From: Catajapyx aquilonaris
Taxonomy: Eukaryota
Length of the DNA: 64,000 nt
Direction: 5' to 3'
Assembly: GCA_000934665.2 (NCBI GenBank)
Contig: KZ538222.1
Location: forward strand, 1 to 64,000
A program made the translations under genes and the position numbers. Under the pieces are notes generated by a model, which did not search any database, was not told the DNA's origin, and was given only the letters and a program-made list of their open reading frames with translations. Shown piece after piece: positions 59,801 to 64,000 of the stretch. The first letter of the stretch is position 1; each line of letters begins with the position of its first letter.

Positions 59801-62391
59801 GTACATTACAAGCCACCATATTTTTTTACGTATAAGAACAGACCCATTCAGATGGCACACACAATTCTCATACTAATCTTTCCTTACTTGTCTGCTATGT
59901 TCAGTCATGAGCATAAAGATGTGTAAGGTAGACCAGAGCTCTTCCTCTGATCTACTGTCCAGATCTTTATACTCAAAACTGTACTTTTCTTAATTTTTAT
60001 AATGAGTGTCCAAACTGATGGTTGTTGTTTGCATTCTGGCTGGTGCAGGGGAGAATACAGAGGGAGAATTCAAACTCAACATTGTTCCAGGTGGGATTGT
60101 AAGAGAGAAGCCATGCCCTCTACCTGACCTGCTCAATCCCCATTTGTGTACTTTGGTGAAAGTCAATTACTTCTGACTTGAAATTAATGAAATTAAGTCA
60201 CTGAATTTGGGTGGTGGTGATTGGCCCAGCTGAGCTTGTTTTTGGGGATTATTTAGAGTATGAAAGTTGTGTGTGCTGCCAAAATAGGCATTAATTATTA
60301 AACAGTACTCAGATCAGATTTATTTTGTTTGTTTTGGAAGGGATCAGCAAAAGAATCGTGCTAGAATCATTATCAACATCAAACTACAACAAAAAGGGGC
60401 AGTAAGTGATGAAGTGGTTCTGTCACACATCGCCCGAAACAAACTCGCCCGATGCAAACTCGCCTGATATACTGGTACAAACTCGAGCAGTCCTTGCATG
60501 TACTGTACCGGTATATCGGGCGAGTTTGCATTGGGCGACTTTGCATCGGGCGAGTTTTCTACGGGCGAGTTGTCATCGGGCGAATTTCAGTCTGGCGAAT
60601 ACGCATCGGGCGAATGTGCATCGGGCGAATTGGTATGATACCGTGATGAAGTAGATGCAAGTTTGTTTGCAAGTACTGTATGGTCTGACAACATGACACA
60701 CAAATACAGACAGTAGGTGACAAAGTTAAGATGCCATCTTGGAATATTCATTACTCTAAAGCCGCCTCCACACTGGCTTTTTTTCTCACTTGGAAAAGTC
60801 TCGTTATGAGCAGTTGCAAGAAAATGAGGCAGTTTGGAGCACTTCTCCTATTCAATTCATGATTTCACGTGTGGACTTGAAAGATTTACACTGTACTCCC
60901 GATTATCTGGGGGCAGATTATGTGTTTCAGATTATCCATGCATCGCCCCAAAAAAAAAAGTCTGAAAAATGTCAATATATCTCGTAAATGAAGATATATG
61001 ACAGACTTTTTCTAGAAGACAAGCTAAAAATCTATAGTAAGATTCATTATTTTGATTATACGTTAGTTAAAACAGCATACATTATGTACATTAGTACATT
61101 AAAACCTATGAATAGCCCATTTTTGCAGTATTTATGACTATTTTCCAATTATCAGTGTTTTCCGATTTTCTGGTGACACCTGTGCAGCCATTAGCCCAGG
61201 TAATCGGGAGTAGGCCTACAGTGTATTTATATTTCTCTGTGAGTATCCATGCAAGTGGCCCTCTCCCCATTGGTTCTCCCTCCGCTCATGCTCAGTTCTT
61301 TGCCGTCCCAAGGAGAAACACCCTATCTCCAAAAATAGTATGGGTGAAGGTCATGTGCAGGTAGCGTGCATGCCCTGCACTAATCCCCATGCCGTTGGCC
61401 ACACTTTGTCAGGGTCAGCCCGCCGAGACTGTGCTCCCACTGGCAGGGTGGCCACTGACCAGATGCTGGATTTTCTCCGATTTTTTCCACTCTAGGAGTC
61501 TAGGGTGGAGCACACACCGGGAAAAGAGGGAGAGGAAGGAATACGGGAATAACAGGACAATCCATGGAGGATTTTTCCCATGCCAGAAAATAAGCCAGTG
61601 TGGAGTAGGTTTAAAAGGGCATTTTCTGAAGTCACAGGTTTTACAAAGAGGATCACTACCCTGTGAACATTTAACAGATGGAGAGTGGACTCATCCCTCA
61701 CTTAAATTTGCAGGGGCAACCTGCTCTAATTTTAAGGGAGCTGGGCTAGCTTGTGGAAGTATGTAAGCTACTGACTTTTAAAATATTAAACCCATTCAAA
61801 AGGACATTGATATAAGTACATAAACATAGAACACACAGTCATACAGGAGATTTGTGAGGTATTGAAGACCAACTCATTAGGTAGGCCTAATACATGCCAA
61901 ATTATAGTGTTGTGTACTTTGTATTCAAAATGGTGCATTATGAAAAATTCAGGTGTGGTTGTCAATTATTGTGTCACGAGTTAATAAGACTAAATTAAAT
62001 GGGAACAACTGAATAATTTCACAATAATGGATTGCTGAGGATGCTTCTAAGAGACTGGCATACTGCATGCACTGAAACTAAAGAAAACAGAAAAATGCCA
62101 CTGAAACATCACATGTAGGCCTACTAACTGCCAATTTAAGCATTGCATTTGCTAAAACCCAATAAGAAAACTTTGTCATGCAATTTTATAATATGAACTT
62201 CTCATTTTTAGGGCTTTGCACGTTACTCAACAGATGACCACTGGCATGTACCCCACTTTGAGAAGATGTTGTATGATCAGGGTCAGTTAGCTGTGGCCTA
62301 CACAGAAGCCTTCTTAGCAACAAAGGATGAATTGTTTGCCAGTCTTGTTCGAGACATTTTGACCTATGTGTCAAGGGATTTGAGTGATCAG
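53806..62391 (+). CDS. SPATA20: spermatogenesis-associated protein 20 (thioredoxin-like plus six-hairpin domain), 5' part; continues beyond the window
   Basis: Exons 53806-53894 ([30 protein letters not shown]), 57549-57768 (YPWGEEAF...[16 protein letters not shown]...[11 protein letters not shown]), 57831-57977 ([11 protein letters not shown]...GGTYFPP), 59427-59762 ([10 protein letters not shown]...GGIHDHV), 62212-62391 ([21 protein letters not shown]); all phases fit. Confidence 0.95.
54318..54540 (-). mobile_element. SINE with family-A body and family-C/D-type tail
   Basis: Body GGCTTCTTCTCGGGTGGAATCTCC...CAAAATGACC joined to TGGTGGTATTCC...GGCCCTATCACAGGGTT. Confidence 0.75.
55199..55345 (+). 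mobile_element. SINE family B, 3'-truncated
   Basis: Matches the first ~145 nt of the 46597 copy. Confidence 0.8.
55541..56242 (+). mobile_element. fold-back mariner derivative
   Basis: TA-flanked ~140-bp inverted arms; transposase C-terminus TINSERY...KRPGLL...LLHNNARP...HPPYRPDL...DY.LF. Confidence 0.9.
57062..57300. mobile_element. Sola-like MITE
   Basis: GAGGGGTGTGGT...ACCACACCCCTC; flanks ATTT/ATTA. Confidence 0.6.
60416..60642. mobile_element. Mutator/Foldback-like MITE with 15-bp subterminal repeats
   Basis: 10-bp TSD GTGATGAAGT at 60406-15 and 60643-52; GG...CC termini; TCGCCCGA repeats facing TCGGGCGA repeats at a 15-bp period. Confidence 0.8.
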
Positions 62392-62900
62392 GTTAGTGGA
62401 ATACCTGATTGTTTATTGTCGGATTTGATCCCTACAAGGGACATTTTTCTGAAATAATCTACTTGAACTAGTGCACCCGTAGCCAAAATTTGGCAAAAAT
62501 GCATTCCCCCTGCCGGCCACCTACCCAGCCACCCTTCCCCTCGGCCCGATGATTTGGTGGAGTGACCAGAAGGTGGCAGCACTCACCAAGGCCCCCTACC
62601 TCCCTCCGTCCCACCCACCGGGGCATTCCAGACAGAGGGAAGAAAAAAATAAGACGATTATTATAGAGGGAATATGAAAGAGCGATCCTAGAATGTCTTG
62701 TGGCCATTATCACTCCTTTATATGGTATAATTGCAACTCAGTGATTTTCTCCACTAATTTGGCATAAACGAGGTGAATTGGTAGAGATCGTAGTGTTAAA
62801 AGATGAGATTACAAGTTTTGAGTGGTAAGTAGAAAGAGTTGAAAGAGAGCAATGGAAAGGAGTACAAAGATAGGTGGAGTCCAGCAGAAGTGTTGTAGAC

Positions 62901-63330
62901 CAGTGGTCCCCAACCTTTTTATCGCCCCGGACCGGTCAACGTTTGATAATTTTACCACGGCCCGCTGAGGGGGGGGGGGGGGGGGTAGATTGTTTTGATT
63001 TAATAATTCTCATTTTATTGTACTTAAACATGGCTTCAAAATAAAATATAGTTACACCAAAAAATGAATATAAAGTGATTGAACATGTCACCTCACTTGA
63101 ACGCAAAATCAATGAGAACCCTGAGCTTGTTTCTTTGCAACGAGACGGTTCCATCTAGGGGTATAGCGTTGGAAATACCCTGCCAAGGCCAGAAATACCG
63201 TACCACGGCCCCAGATGAGACGATATATCAATAAATGTAGAAAAAAATGAAATGGGAATAATTGGGCGGCCCGGTACCATTTGATCCACGGACCGGTACC
63301 GGTCCGCGGCCCGGGGGTTGGGGACCACTG
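62901..63330. mobile_element. hAT/Charlie-type element, young
   Basis: Perfect TIR CAGTGGTCCCCAACC and perfect 8-bp TSD TTGTAGAC. Confidence 0.9.
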
Positions 63331-63647
63331 TTGTAGACCATCTGCTGCATGCATATCCTGAAATTCCTGTCCAGTATTATAGCAAGTTATTTTATATGAC
63401 AAGAACAATTGGTAACAAGTAATTTTGACAAGAATGTTGTTGCATGGCTGGCTGCCTGGCACACACAGCCACCATAACTTGAGAGACTCATGTCATAGCG
63501 CAAAACATTTGCATATTTGCTGCAATTGTTGACATACGACATCATTAATGAGTACATTGATATGCACGAGTTCATTATTGCACCCATATCAGCAAGAAGT
63601 ACGTGTATAACAAGTGCCTTGGGAATAAGGCCAAAGCATAAGCACTA

Positions 63648-63829
63648 GGGGCCGTACACATATTACGTCATCGTCGAAGGGGGGGAGGGGGTTTGCTACC
63701 TGATGACCAAAGATGACGAGAGAAGGAGGGGGGGTCCAAGTTGGGATGAATAAACCAACCAAACACTNNNNNNNGGGGGGGGGGTTCAAAAATGTCACAA
63801 ATTGGATGGCATAATATGTGTACAGCCCC
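63648..63829. mobile_element. MITE (Harbinger-like)
   Basis: GGGGCCGTACACATATTACGTCATC...GATGGCATAATATGTGTACAGCCCC; CTA on both flanks. Confidence 0.7.
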
Positions 63830-64000
63830 CTAGCTTGGAAATATTGCAGCCACACCAGTGCAGTGGTCTTTGATTGTCCTCCTGCTCTACATGCCACTTT
63901 GATTGCTACTCTGCAATATTATAATAATTGGGTAAGTGCACCGCCCATTGATGAGCATCTGGCATGGTACCTTTATTTGCTTTTAGGTGTACAGCTACAT

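Noticed and set aside
60416..60642. CRISPR-like array or pentapeptide-repeat gene
   Set aside because: 15-bp period without unique spacers, bounded by a TSD, in a eukaryotic intron.

Overview
Repeat-rich animal genomic DNA, probably arthropod (short GT-AG introns, a (TTAGG)n tract, tRNA-derived SINEs, one assembly gap at 4120-4243). Manual splicing recovers six protein-coding loci, several only fragmentary in the ORF track: (1) a 4-exon Chibby-family gene (-, 11031-10044); (2) Gemin7 (+, 14499-14768); (3) a linker-histone H1/H5-like gene with a GC donor and an in-frame TGA (-, 16773-16086); (4) a 29-exon, ~2,620-aa polycystin-1-like receptor/channel (+, 19387-35691; WSC-PKD-REJ-GPS-TM1-PLAT-channel); (5) an F-box/LRR-like gene (-, 44739-36892); (6) the 5' part of SPATA20 (+, from 53806). 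Introns and intergenic DNA hold about five SINE families with swapped heads and tails, a LINE split by an RSS-like Transib, and mariner/Tc1, hAT, Harbinger, piggyBac, Sola-like and MULE-like derivatives. Many of these are fold-back (hairpin) structures, including two different mariners that turn around at the same point in the transposase. All family assignments come from recognising motifs by eye; no database search was run.
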